Assembly: GCA_050575255.1 (NCBI GenBank)
Contig: JBNZDD010013657.1
Span: 2,626,352-2,690,351 of the forward strand
Direction of reading: 5' to 3'
DNA from: Harriotta raleighana
Taxonomy: Eukaryota
Length of the DNA stretch: 64,000 bases
Shown here: positions 53,720 to 64,000 of the stretch, one piece after another
How the letters are laid out: each line of letters starts with the position of its first letter
Numbering within the stretch: the stretch's first letter is position 1
Made by a program: the position numbers and the translations under genes
The notes under the pieces: model-generated
What the model was told of the DNA's origin: nothing
Databases searched by the model: none
What the model saw: the letters and a program-made list of their open reading frames with translations, nothing else

Positions 53720-53885
53720 GAGCACGTCAGTCAGTCAGTCACATCCGCTTACAAGAAAAGAAACTTTTTTTGACGCCTGTTTGCTTTGGTGAATGGAAAA
53801 AGTGTTTGTCGATTACGTGTCGTGACAGAATGCCTGAACAAGCAACATCTGACCGGTTTCACAGGGAATTGTTGACGTAAGATAG
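53720..53885 (+). promoter_or_regulatory. Candidate proximal promoter of the synaptotagmin-like gene with clustered CRE/ATF-like sites
   Basis: CACGTCA (53723), TGACG (53771), TTACGT (53813) and TGACGTAA (53873) lie within ~160 bp of unique sequence, just upstream of the predicted first exon. Confidence 0.4.
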
Positions 53886-53888
53886 AGT

Positions 53889-53917
53889 GAGAGAAAGAGA
53901 AAGAGAGAGAGAGAGAG
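53889..53917. repeat. (GA)n purine tract upstream of the synaptotagmin-like exon 1
   Basis: Direct reading. Confidence 0.9.
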
Positions 53918-54042
53918 GAAGGGAGGTGGAATAATGGGTGACCTGGAGTATTATGTCACGTAGTGCCAGCTTTTGCTTAAGGATTCTTCTGTAGATGGAT
54001 TGTTGAGAGATGCCTTTAGCTTGACAATCAAAGCCAATCCTT

Positions 54043-54073
54043 ATGGAAAACGCAGCATCATTTGGACCTGCAG
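54043..54073 (+). CDS. Synaptotagmin-like gene, predicted first coding exon (MENAASFGPA)
   Basis: ATG GAA AAC GCA GCA TCA TTT GGA CCT GCA G|gtaggc. The phase-1 donor fits the phase-1 acceptor at 55910, and there is an in-frame stop upstream. Confidence 0.7.
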
Positions 54074-55909
54074 GTAGGCTCTGATATTTGAAGCAATATA
54101 GAGGCAATTTAAGCCTATTAAGTTGGAATAGCATTCTGATAGTCGCTTCCATAGATTTCTTTCCATTTTAGCAATAATAGTTTGCTGTTGTGAGCTCCAT
54201 TTTCTATCCTCCCCTGTTGATACCGAGGGCTTCCTTATTCATTCTCTTTTGATTGAGAAAGCTGGTTAGCAAACCTGCTTCGAACTAGCCATTTTGAGTG
54301 AGTGCAAGGTTTGACCCAGAGGAATTGATCTTCTTATTCTTAACCCCCCCCCACCCCGCCCCCACCCCACAACCCCCCCCCCCATTCCCTCCCAAAAGCA
54401 ATTGACGAACCCACTTTCCTTTCCCAACGAGGAAAAACACTGAAGGGTCTAATTTGCAAAGACTCTCATCCAAAAGACAGCACCTCCAACAATTCAGCCC
54501 CTTCCCCACAACCACACGGGGGCAATTACAGTAAGTGAACATTTATTTTCTCCAAGGCAAGTTAAAAGGCAAAAGGCAATAAGCCACCCTTTCTATTTTT
54601 TCTGCGTTTGCCTGCGGAAACACTGCACCTTCTGAGAAACAGGCCATTGTTGGTGGTTGAAGCTTGATACGGCTGTAAGTAAGATGCCCAGGTCAACATG
54701 AGGGATCAGTTTCTGCAATGACTGAGGCTCCACTGACTTGTCTATTCATCACAGCTGTTTGTTGGCCTCGGGAGGATCAGATCTAAAGGGCGACACAACA
54801 CCCTTTCTGGACGTTCAGTAGCTTTAAATAGGAGTGAAAAGGGATCATATAGTCTTAGCCTGATAGCTCTCTGCATACATAAGCTGGGAAACACATCTCA
54901 TTGTTTGGAGAGATCACAGTGGGGCATTGCAACAAGTGAAGATCACCATCAAATATTATTTCATTGCAAACCAGCAGTGTCTTTGGCCAATGTCCCAAAG
55001 AATGAGATGTCTTTGGAGTGAACGCCCCAAAGAATGCAATGTTTTCCTAAAGCAACTGTTTAGCTACTTCAACAGACATGTTGAACTGCAAGGATGTGTG
55101 TTCAGCAAAGTAGTTACCAAAATGGCATTGAAGAATTGATTGGGAGCTGTGGGCTCAAAGCCTTGAAAGGTTGGAGTAATTCCTGTTGTTTCTTGAGACA
55201 CAGATTTCGAGTAGACAGCACTCATGTGAGGTGCTAGGACCCACACAGATACCATGGCCCTGGTAATCATAATAATATTCCTTACATTGGTACAATATAG
55301 CACATTTTATGATGGAAGGCTTCACAGGATATACAGTTAAATGTAGTGACTGTGTGTCTTGCGTGGTGATGCCTCATTCTGTGCTGGAAACAACAACAAC
55401 ATGTTACATTTACTTTGCACCTTTCACATGAGGGGGATGTTCCAAGGCGCTCGACAGTCAGGAATTTGGACCCAAGATGGAGGGAGCAATCAGAAGAGGT
55501 GAAGTGCAGGGAGAATAGGGTTAGGAGGACACTGTGATGCTGTGATGGGAGGCTGGTAGGGTGGGTGTGGTGGAGGGATATAATACTACTACCGTACTAC
55601 TAAAAATAGTAATAATCCTTGCATTTTGATCACTTTGTGTCATAACGCTTCTCAGAATATACCTTAAACTAGATTGATTTTGTGGAGAAAACACAGCATT
55701 CAGTAGCAGTATCCCACAAATGGTCATGTTTTGAAAGATCAAGTTATTATTATTAGTAGTGAGGTCAGAATGGCCTAAGGAGCCTCCTTCACTGAACTGA
55801 GCTATTGATCTTGTGAATCTATCTGTACGAATTGCAACGTGGCCACACAATGAGGGGGTTCTTTCCTTCGCTAGTGACGTACAGTTTACTGTTGTCTGTT
55901 TGTGTTCAG

Positions 55910-56844
55910 TGCACCTACAAGTCCTCCTTGGCGCAGGCCTGGCCTTTCTTTGCTTCTGCCTGATCATCAGCTGTGCCATATGCTGGAGGAAAGGCAAGCC
56001 CAGCAACTGCAACAACGACAAGGAGCAAACTCCGGAACAGATCGTGTTGGAGCCCAGCGCATCGTTGCCCGGGCAGACGAGCGAGCCTGTCAAGCAGCAG
56101 TATGAGGAAGTGGAAGGGGAGGTGCTGGACTACCCAAGGTACGGACCTGATGATGACCTGCCTGTCTTTGAGCCTGAGAGCATATACAAGCGCAACCTCC
56201 ACAGCAGACCATCCCTGCCCAGTCTGCAGGGCAGAAATTCCTTAACTACCATCCCAGTGGTCCAGAAACAAAGCCTGGCAGCCAAAACCAAGAGGATCCT
56301 CGAGCGACGTTGCACTGTGTCAGGTGATGCGTCGGTGTACAACGAGCACACCAAGCTGCGGAGAGCGAGTGCCAAGCTCTCCTTCTCACTACTGGGTCAC
56401 TCCCAGACCATGCCAGATGACCTGGCAGGCATGAAATCCAAACTGAGACCCGCGCTGCACTTCACGCTATTTTACTCGGCCTACGAGGTGACTCTAACTG
56501 TCGCTGTCATCAGCGTCGCCAACCTGCCCAAAAAGTTTGGCTCCGGCTGTGACTCCTATGTCAAGGTGTACCTGCTGCCGAGGTTCCTTGAACCACAGCA
56601 GACTGCCATCCACAGGAAGAGCCTGAATCCAGAGTACAGGGAGTGCTTTCAGTTCTCAGGGTATACTCTGGATGAGGTCAAGGGCTTCACGCTCTGCTTT
56701 TCCACGTACGTCAAGGAGTTCCACAGTTTGAAGGACACGTTTGTTGGGGAGGTCCTCTTCCCCTGTGAGCAGGGAGAATGGAAGCCTGACGTTCCCTCCA
56801 CCTACATCAAGGAGCTGACTGCCACCAAGACCAAACTCAAAAAG
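55910..56844 (+). CDS. Synaptotagmin-like gene exon 2: transmembrane helix, linker and entire C2A domain
   Basis: Acceptor tttgtgttcag|, donor AAG|gtgaga, inside the 366-aa ORF. Hydrophobic VLLGAGLAFLCFCLIISCAICW followed by basic RKGK. C2 signature LHFTLFYS...ANLP...DSYVKVYLLP...RKSLNPEYRECFQF. Confidence 0.92.
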
Positions 56845-58136
56845 GTGAGAAGCTGGAAAATGCTGTTGTGGTTAAACCTCGCACATCACGCACCCGTCCT
56901 GTACCTGAAATGACACGTGACTCCTGAATATGGGTTGAGCTTGGGTGAGGACAACATGGGTCCTCAAAGAGACATCTCTTACACACACACAACACACACA
57001 CAACACACACACACAACGCTGAAAATGAATGTACACGAGCACTTTCAGATGCGGAGAATCATAGGATCCTACGGTACAGAGAGAGGTGATACAGCCCATT
57101 ATTCCTGTGCCAGCTGTTTAGAAGAGCTATCCAATTCGTCCCACTCCTCGCTCTTTCCACGTAGTATAACAAGTTAAGGTGCTGACTCATACTATAATAG
57201 CCAATGATAACAATAGATGTTCATAATAATAATCATTGCATTTCATGTGGGATTTTTCACATCAGGAGGACATCTGACAAAGCGCTTCCCAGGATTTGCT
57301 GTAAGGTGTAGTGACTGAGACGCCGACAGTTGTGGAGGGTGCTATATAAATCCAAGCTGTTGTTGCTGTTGTTGACTGTGCACTTTGAAGACGGTGAAAC
57401 AACAACAATAACAGCAACTTTAGAGAGCTTATCAAGCACCCTTCACACAGGGTAGCTTTCCTTATTATTGTTATTTATTACAGTGGTCAGGAGCAGAAAT
57501 GCTGTTTGCAAATCTGATTGTCCAGCGATATTAGGATGGTTCCCGATGGCCAATAAATCCCCTGGCTTCGGCACTGAGGGCTTTAACACACAGACCTACC
57601 TACCACCGTCAGCTCAAAGAGACAAGATCAATAAATATGCAGTTCATGAGGTCTCCACATCTTGAGGGATAAAGTGAAGCGATTCACGGGTGCTCTTTTG
57701 ATTCACAGCTCATTGGAAAATATTAGTCCGTGAGTAATTACAACTCAGAATAAGACAGGGATTTAATCACACTGTGGCCTGAGCTGCCTAATTTAAACAG
57801 AATAATTCTCAACACACACTTGATACCGAAAGCATTTAAGCACAGTCGAAGAATTAATTTGATTCATTCAGGGGCAAATCAGGTTATTTCACTTTTTTGT
57901 TACAGCTTTCTCCTGACTCCATCAGCTATTTTATCCAATGATGGATTTAAACTATATTTAATTGTAACCCCACAATCCCAAAGATCAGCTTGCTGTGATG
58001 CTTTAGTTTTGGCTAAAACATAGCAACCAAATACTTAATCACTTCTTTGCATTAACTTTCACGTATGGAATTGTTGAATTTGATTCACATTTGCATTAAA
58101 AATGAGCAACAAGTCTTGCTTATCTTCCAAACGTGT

Positions 58137-58440
58137 GGAGTTCTGTAGCTCAGTGGTTAGAGCACTTACCTTACAAGCAAAAGACCTGGGTGCGATTCCA
58201 GGCAAGGCGAAACCTTGAGCAAGTTTCCTTACTCCACACGCCTGATAATAATCCCTAAAAATAATTTGATCACTCAATCCACGACTGTATGTGGGACACT
58301 GCTGTGCGCAATTGACTGCCGAGTTTCACCCACAAATATACTGTCAAATCACTTTACAGTATATTCTGAGAAGTCCTTTGAGAAATCTAGAAGACATGAA
58401 ACGTGCTATATCAAATGCAAGGATTATTATTATTATTATT
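58137..58440 (+). mobile_element. Full-length SINE type A in intron 2 of the synaptotagmin-like gene
   Basis: Family consensus. Confidence 0.9.
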
Positions 58441-59796
58441 GGGAACAAGACTTGTTTGGGGGGCAAATTTGGCAGATGATCTGGTGATTTCTGGTGCTAT
58501 TTGAAACAGTCACCACAGACAATTGCCCACCATTCAGTCACATTTTCTTATTTTTTTCCCCCAAACCTCTGCAAATCCCTAATTTTTAGTTCCTTTCCAA
58601 GTCCTTCCTTGTTGGTTTTATTCAGCCCAGAAAAGCTGTTTAATCTTGCAATTACTGCACTGTATTTTTGCAGAGTTATGGGGCTCTTTAATCAAGTCAG
58701 TGCAGATGGAAAACACTTCTGCCTTGTGTCTTGAAGACAGCATTCAGTAGGCTGGTGAAGAATGAGGCTTCATTTCTTTTGAAGCAAAGCTCCTTATCTA
58801 TTTACACCCACACTGGTCTCGGTTTGGTCACATCTTCCTGTTCCAATGTCTAGATAAACCAGACCCAAAACAACTGTAGTCCTGAATGTAGAAATATGTC
58901 ATGTAGAAGCCATCAATGCACTTTGATAATAATTACCTGCGATGCACTTTGATGCATTCTAACATTATAATTATCACAGGACGTTATAACATCAAAGCAC
59001 AGTGTCAGTCTTCATGATGATGTTGGATGTTATTGCGAGCGCCTTTACAAAACGGCAACATTCGTGGAAAGAATTCTAAACTCCATTGCAGTGAATCCTC
59101 AGCAATCTGGTAGAGAAAAATCGTTTAATGTTTCAGGTCTGATGAAAAGGCATGCCGTTCTCTTTGTCACATATTGATTGGTGTGCTTTTATTATTAAGC
59201 ACCACGCTATATATCTTTGGGGGAAATCCCATCTGGTGAATGTCCGCCTAACACGCCATTAAAAGGATTTACAACTTGTGCACTAAGAATCTACATCTGT
59301 TATTATGTTAATATCGGTAACATCAAACAGTGACATTTGTGCAGAGCAGAAAGGATTCAGTCCTACGTCAACCCATATTTAATTTCATTCACTGAGTAGG
59401 TCTGACAGACATGACACTCAAAGAGAGATTCATGGCCGTTCATCAGCGGTAGCAGGAGCTTTTAATCCTCGCTTATTAGTTGTCACTTTGACGTAGTTTG
59501 CTGCTAATTTTGATTAAATTACTTTACAGTAGCAACACCTGCGTCAGTCACATTAAAGCAAGGGCATCATTGCAAGCTGTGTGTGCTTAACACTGTACTT
59601 ACTGTAAAATGTTTAAACCTTCAGCAAGCTTGCTGTGCTTCCTCTGCAGTTGGAGATAAGCCATATTGTTAAAATAATAATAAACCTCACATTTGATATA
59701 GTGCTTTTCACATCTTCTAGATGTATCAAAGCGTTTCACACAATATACTGTAGAGGGAATTGATTGTATATTTGTGGGTGAAAAATGGTATTGTTC

Positions 59797-59816
59797 TTGG
59801 CTAAGATCAAGTATAG
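59797..59816 (+). pseudogene. Short U2 snRNA 5'-region fragment
   Basis: TTGGCTAAGATCAAGTATAG versus U2 TTGGCTAAGATCAAGTGTAG (19/20 match). The rest of U2 is absent. Confidence 0.55.
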
Positions 59817-59864
59817 AGAAACATAGACACTTTGAGGCCTGGGACCTGGACCCATTTTAAGAAA

Positions 59865-60175
59865 CAGCAACAACAAATTGGATTTATTTAGCATCTTTCA
59901 CATCAGGAGGAGATCCCGAGATGCTGGTCCATCAAGGGTTAGCACTCAAACTAGAGGCAGGAGTCAAGAAGAGTGGAGAGTAGGGTTTGGTAGGAAGATG
60001 ATCGAAGGCACAGATGAAGAGGAAGATCTTGAGAGGAGACAAGGGACGGAGCTCCGGGATGGAGTGCCAGAGGCTGAGTCTAGAAAGACTAAAGGCCTGA
60101 CCACCAATGGTGGAGTTGGGGATGTGAAGGAAATAGGAGGACAGAAGGGTGGATATTCTGGAAGGCTGAGATCAA
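59865..60175 (-). mobile_element. L2 LINE 3' fragment
   Basis: Reverse-strand L2 tail (caacaacaaa...tttcacatcaggagg...gaaggcacagatgaagagg...ggagtgccagag). Confidence 0.7.
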
Positions 60176-60848
60176 GTGGGCGACAGGAGCTTCTTGTGTT
60201 CCCTCTTGCGATATGTGCTGTTTTCTGATCCCAACTAGGTCAGTACTGAACACATTGCAATTTGACCTTGGTACACGAGGTAAGAGAGAGATAGAAAATC
60301 ACCCAAGGATACTGCTAGAAAATAGTTAATGTGGTAAAATATTGCAGTTTCAAATAATCCCCTGCATAGCAGGGCTCAAGTACTTGGTTTATCCAACACT
60401 ATGGATGTCCTCCCAATGTGAAAGGTGCTACATAAATGTAAATTGTATCATCTTGCATGAAAAATAATTTTCCAAAATCTGCTGAAGTGTTTCATTGGCA
60501 ATCTTATCCTATAATCCCTCGCTACCGATTCATTGATCAGTCAGAATAATCTCTGTGTTTCAGCACGCACAGTACTTTGAAGCTCTTTATGAGATCCTCT
60601 CTTAACTTTCTCTGCAAGTATTCAATCAAAGTGGAAGTCAATAAATTCTGATGTACAGCCATGAAGCTGTGTTGATAAGAATATAACTTTATGTTCTGTT
60701 AACGCTCGGCCAGTGAAAGACACATAGTCTCACCACTTCACAGTGATTCCTGTGAAGTGCTTTGAGGCATCTCGCTGATGTGATAAGGTTGCCATATCAA
60801 ACACAAGGATTATTGACACTCAATATCAGTTGACTATATATTTTTCAG

Positions 60849-61017
60849 TGTCTCAGTTCCCTGGATGTGATGACCTCTACGGGCAGTTTCGCACACCCCA
60901 AGACTTTGGGTCAAATCTTTATTCTATTGCAGTATCAGACCCTAGCCAACAGGATCAAGGTCATGGTCCGGAAGGCAGAAAATCTAGGCAGGATGACCCG
61001 TATGCCTGGATCACCCG
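60849..61017 (+). CDS. Synaptotagmin-like gene exon 3: C2A-C2B linker and start of C2B
   Basis: Acceptor tttttcag|, donor G|gtgagt, phase 0-1. CLSSLDVMTSTGSFAHPKTLGQIFILLQYQTLANRIKVMVRKAENLGRMTRMPGSP resembles the LGxIxxxLxY...RLxVxxxKAxNL start of C2B. Confidence 0.92.
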
Positions 61018-61965
61018 GTGAGTCACTAACGTTAGAGAATTCAAATGCAATAGTTTTTGTATTGAGGTTAATCGACTGGCGGAATGAGTTACAGATAGGG
61101 GTGTGACAGGTCAGGATTCTGGACTCTTTTCACAAACAGCTCATGCTGTGATGGGAAGATGGTAGGTTTGGTTTTCTGCAAGGATATCAAGTGGTCTTCA
61201 TCCTAACCAGAGTAGTGATGTACAGCCATGAAGCTCAGTAGAGAGGGCGGAGGGAGAGATAGAGTCAAAGCTGTGTAGTGGGAGTGGGTGGGTGGTGGAT
61301 CATGAGGGAGAGTTAAGGGGGGGCATAGTGGTAGATATGGAAGAGGTGGCTCAATTTTAGATTCGAGGAAGTCCAGCATTTCCTCACGGTAGGAATTGGA
61401 GGAGAGGATGAGTGAGCAAGGACAAGTTTTAAATAAGATCTTGCGGAGGGAGAACATATTTTCAATCTCAAGTATTTCACTCTCATATACAAATAAAACA
61501 CTGACAAACATTAGACTTAAATAATTTTTGCTAACTATTAAATGGGTTTTTTGTTTGTGAACTTTTGTCGGGTTTTACAGCACTTTTCGGGGGGAAATAA
61601 TTAGCCCTCTAGGGTATTTGACTCAGAAGTTATTATTATTCTAGTAGTTGATAACATGTTAAGGGAGTAAATTAACACAATAATAAATGTTATTAAACGC
61701 AAGAAACATTACCTTCTTGCCTTAGAGAAGCCCCCAAACTGTGATAGGTCTCATCACTATGTAGTTAGTAAAGTACGTTCATAATGTAGTTAGTAAAGTA
61801 CATTCACACCATAGTACAAATGCAAGGTTTGACATTGGGCTCCGTCACTATTAAGTGCTCCAAGATACAGTCCAGCGTGAACACAAATTGCTGTTGTTTG
61901 ATTAACCAGAGAGATCCACGTTCCCTTTGTTTACTTACACTGCAGTCTGTATTGATTCCTTACAG

Positions 61966-62132
61966 ATCATTACGTCATTATACACCTTTACCAAGATGGG
62001 AAAGTTGTGGCAACAAAAGAAACCAAAACAGCCAGCAGCTATAACCCGGTCTGGAATGCACCATTTCTGTTTGATATCCCCCCTGGTGACATTGAAAGCC
62101 GGCAGCTTTCACTGGAGTTTATAGTGATGCAG
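61966..62132 (+). CDS. Synaptotagmin-like gene exon 4: C2B core
   Basis: Acceptor ttccttacag|, donor CAG|gtatgg, phase 1-0. DHYVIIHLYQDGKVVATKETKTASSYNPVWNAPFLFDIPPGDIESRQLSLEFIVMQ contains the NPVWNxxFxF C2 motif. Confidence 0.92.
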
Positions 62133-62792
62133 GTATGGACACCAGCAAGAGCCATAAATGGTTATTGTTAGGCCCGGTTTTATTACGATATAGAAAATAA
62201 AAAATGTAGTTTAAACACTCAATGGGAAAGGTTTACACCAGTGAAAGAGACCATTCAGCCCATGATAGCCAAGTTGGTGTTAGCTTCCTTGCTCGATCTT
62301 TGATCACATTTCCATCAGTCATCATTCCCCTCCCCACCTTACTTGGCTCCCAACCTCAGTTCAGGTTACCTACCAGTTTTCGTACGCACCTTGGGACATC
62401 CTTGGGTTGTGAAAAGTGCTGTAAAAAAGGTGAATTTGTGGTATAATGCACTTCAAATCTAATTTCTCTGCTTATTCCCCAAACTCTTTTACATTATTCC
62501 TCCTCAAGTATTTATCACATTTTAAATGCTGTTATGGATTTGCTTCAAATTCCACGTTCTAACAACACTGTTTGTGAGAAAATAAATCTGCTAACCGTCC
62601 CCTTTTTTTTCTTTTACGTCCCCACCGACATGAAAGGCACTAATTTGTTCTCGTCATTATGGTTTTATTGACATTCCTCTTTGTGAGGTTAATCTCACAA
62701 AATTAACCTCACTACTAGTAGTGAGGTTAATCTCTCTCCCTTCATTTCCCCTATTCAGTACCATTCAATGTCGCTGTCTGTTTAATTTCCAG

Positions 62793-62942
62793 AGTCGCAT
62801 TTACACCCGAAACTGTGTCCTTGGCCGTTTGTCCATTGGCGGGACCGCTGGAGAAATGGGAAGGATGCACTGGAAAGAAATGTGCAGTCGGGGTCATGTG
62901 GAGTCAGCTCGATGGCACTCCATCTACCCAGACATCTCGTAG
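62793..62942 (+). CDS. Synaptotagmin-like gene exon 5: end of C2B and stop TAG
   Basis: Acceptor tttaatttccag|. SRIYTRNCVLGRLSIGGTAGEMGRMHWKEMCSRGHVESARWHSIYPDIS* carries the synaptotagmin HWxEM...ARWH terminus. Confidence 0.92.
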   Translation, partial: SRIYTRNCVLGRLSIGGTAGEMGRMHWKEMCSRGHVESARWHSIYPDIS

Positions 62943-63354
62943 ACGTCAATACACAAGACTCATGGTTCATCCCTCTCGCCCTCTTCAGCGAAATGTGGTC
63001 CTAATGTACCAAACATTGTTCCAAGGCCAGTTGGGAACTTGTATGTTGTAGGTGACAAAAGCGTTTAATCCCAGCCATTGTCCTTTGGTCTGGCAGATCC
63101 ATGTCTATACCCAAACTTGAAAAGAGAAATATCTTTCGCTGTTGGTTGACTGCCTGTCAGCAGATACATTTGTCCTGCACTTAAACTGTCTCAATCAAAT
63201 AAGTTAACAACACTCACTATCAATGCTCACATATGAATATTGGCCACAGTGGCAAGATATTGGAGGGCAATATGTGAAAAGTAGAAGGAATGGAGATTTA
63301 GCATTATGTCCTCCCCTATAGCTATTCCTTCCACTTAAAGTGAATGGAATGACT

Positions 63355-63750
63355 GGTGAAAAGAGGACATCTCCAAGCAATTCATGGGATATACTGTAAA
63401 GTGGAGGGACTGTCTTTGTGTTTTGTGAGTGAACATGCAGCCAACATGAAAACAGTATTATCCCACAAACAGCCATGGTGTGAATGGCAATTTAAAAAAA
63501 AATGGGATGGATTTTTGGCCAGCTCACTGGAAGAAACTCCATTCCCGTTTTGAATAGTGCCACAGAATCTTTAACTTTCACCTGACCAGGCATGTGAGGC
63601 CGAGCTTTAAACATCTCATCCGAAAGATGGCACTGCTGACAATGCAGCGTTCCCCTCAGGACTGCAGTGTTGTCTTAAGCTACAGTATATGGTTTACAAG
63701 TCCCAACATGGGGCTGAACCCACAAGCTTTTGTCTCAACTGTAATGAGAC
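63355..63750 (-). mobile_element. Old DeuSINE-like element (type C)
   Basis: tcccacaaacagcca...ttggccag...tttaaacatctcatccgaaagatggcac...tgaacccacaa. Confidence 0.7.
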
Positions 63751-64000
63751 ACTGCAAGAAAAATGGCCCCATTTTGCAGTAAAGATGATCAAAATACTCA
63801 TTTGTTCACCGATAAAGGCATTGGATTTTCATCAATATGTTATAGGCTTATGACCACAGCCCACTATTAAACTCATTGTTCATCTGATTCATTGTGGGCT
63901 TGTGTAAACCCACACTTCACTGAAGTTAACAACACCAACAGCTTGCATTGATGTTGTGCCCTTTCATGTAAGATACTATCTCGAACCGTCTAACCCAGGT

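Noticed and set aside
55521-56375. Minus-strand ORFs overlapping synaptotagmin exon 2
   Set aside because: Shadow frames of a GC-rich coding exon that extend into SINE sequence.
24389-58487. Many 60-140 aa ORFs sharing peptides such as [15 protein letters not shown] / IHFTVYSVKRFE / CKDYYY
   Set aside because: They are translations of the same non-coding SINE consensus, not a gene family.
1-64000. CRISPR array, operon or other prokaryote-type system
   Set aside because: There are no regularly spaced repeat-spacer units. The sequence is intron-containing vertebrate DNA and its recurring motifs are dispersed retroposons.

Overview
Vertebrate genomic DNA, most likely a cartilaginous fish (the SINE/L2/CR1/Penelope repeat content suggests a holocephalan/chimaera; this is inference). 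It holds two spliced protein-coding genes, both on the + strand. (1) The last five coding exons of ARID3B (807-12662; ARID and REKLES domains). They are followed by an inferred ~10 kb, SINE-poor 3'UTR ending at AATAAA 23195, rich in let-7 and miR-125 seed matches. (2) A complete five-exon, 483-aa divergent synaptotagmin-like gene (54043-62942): Cys-rich transmembrane helix plus two C2 domains lacking most Ca2+-binding aspartates, preceded by CRE-like motifs and stacked uORFs. The rest is mostly tRNA-derived SINEs in three modular variants sharing an L2-type tail, L2 and CR1 3' fragments, and a hAT MITE with its target-site duplication. Five single-N gaps are each flanked by a direct duplication and look like assembly artefacts. 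I found no clearly new biological system. The best leads are the atypical synaptotagmin, the long miRNA-site-rich ARID3B 3'UTR with a long hairpin, the chimeric CORE+Deu SINE series, and a speculative minus-strand spliced transcript at ~37.7-50 kb. All calls were made by eye and repeat boundaries are approximate.
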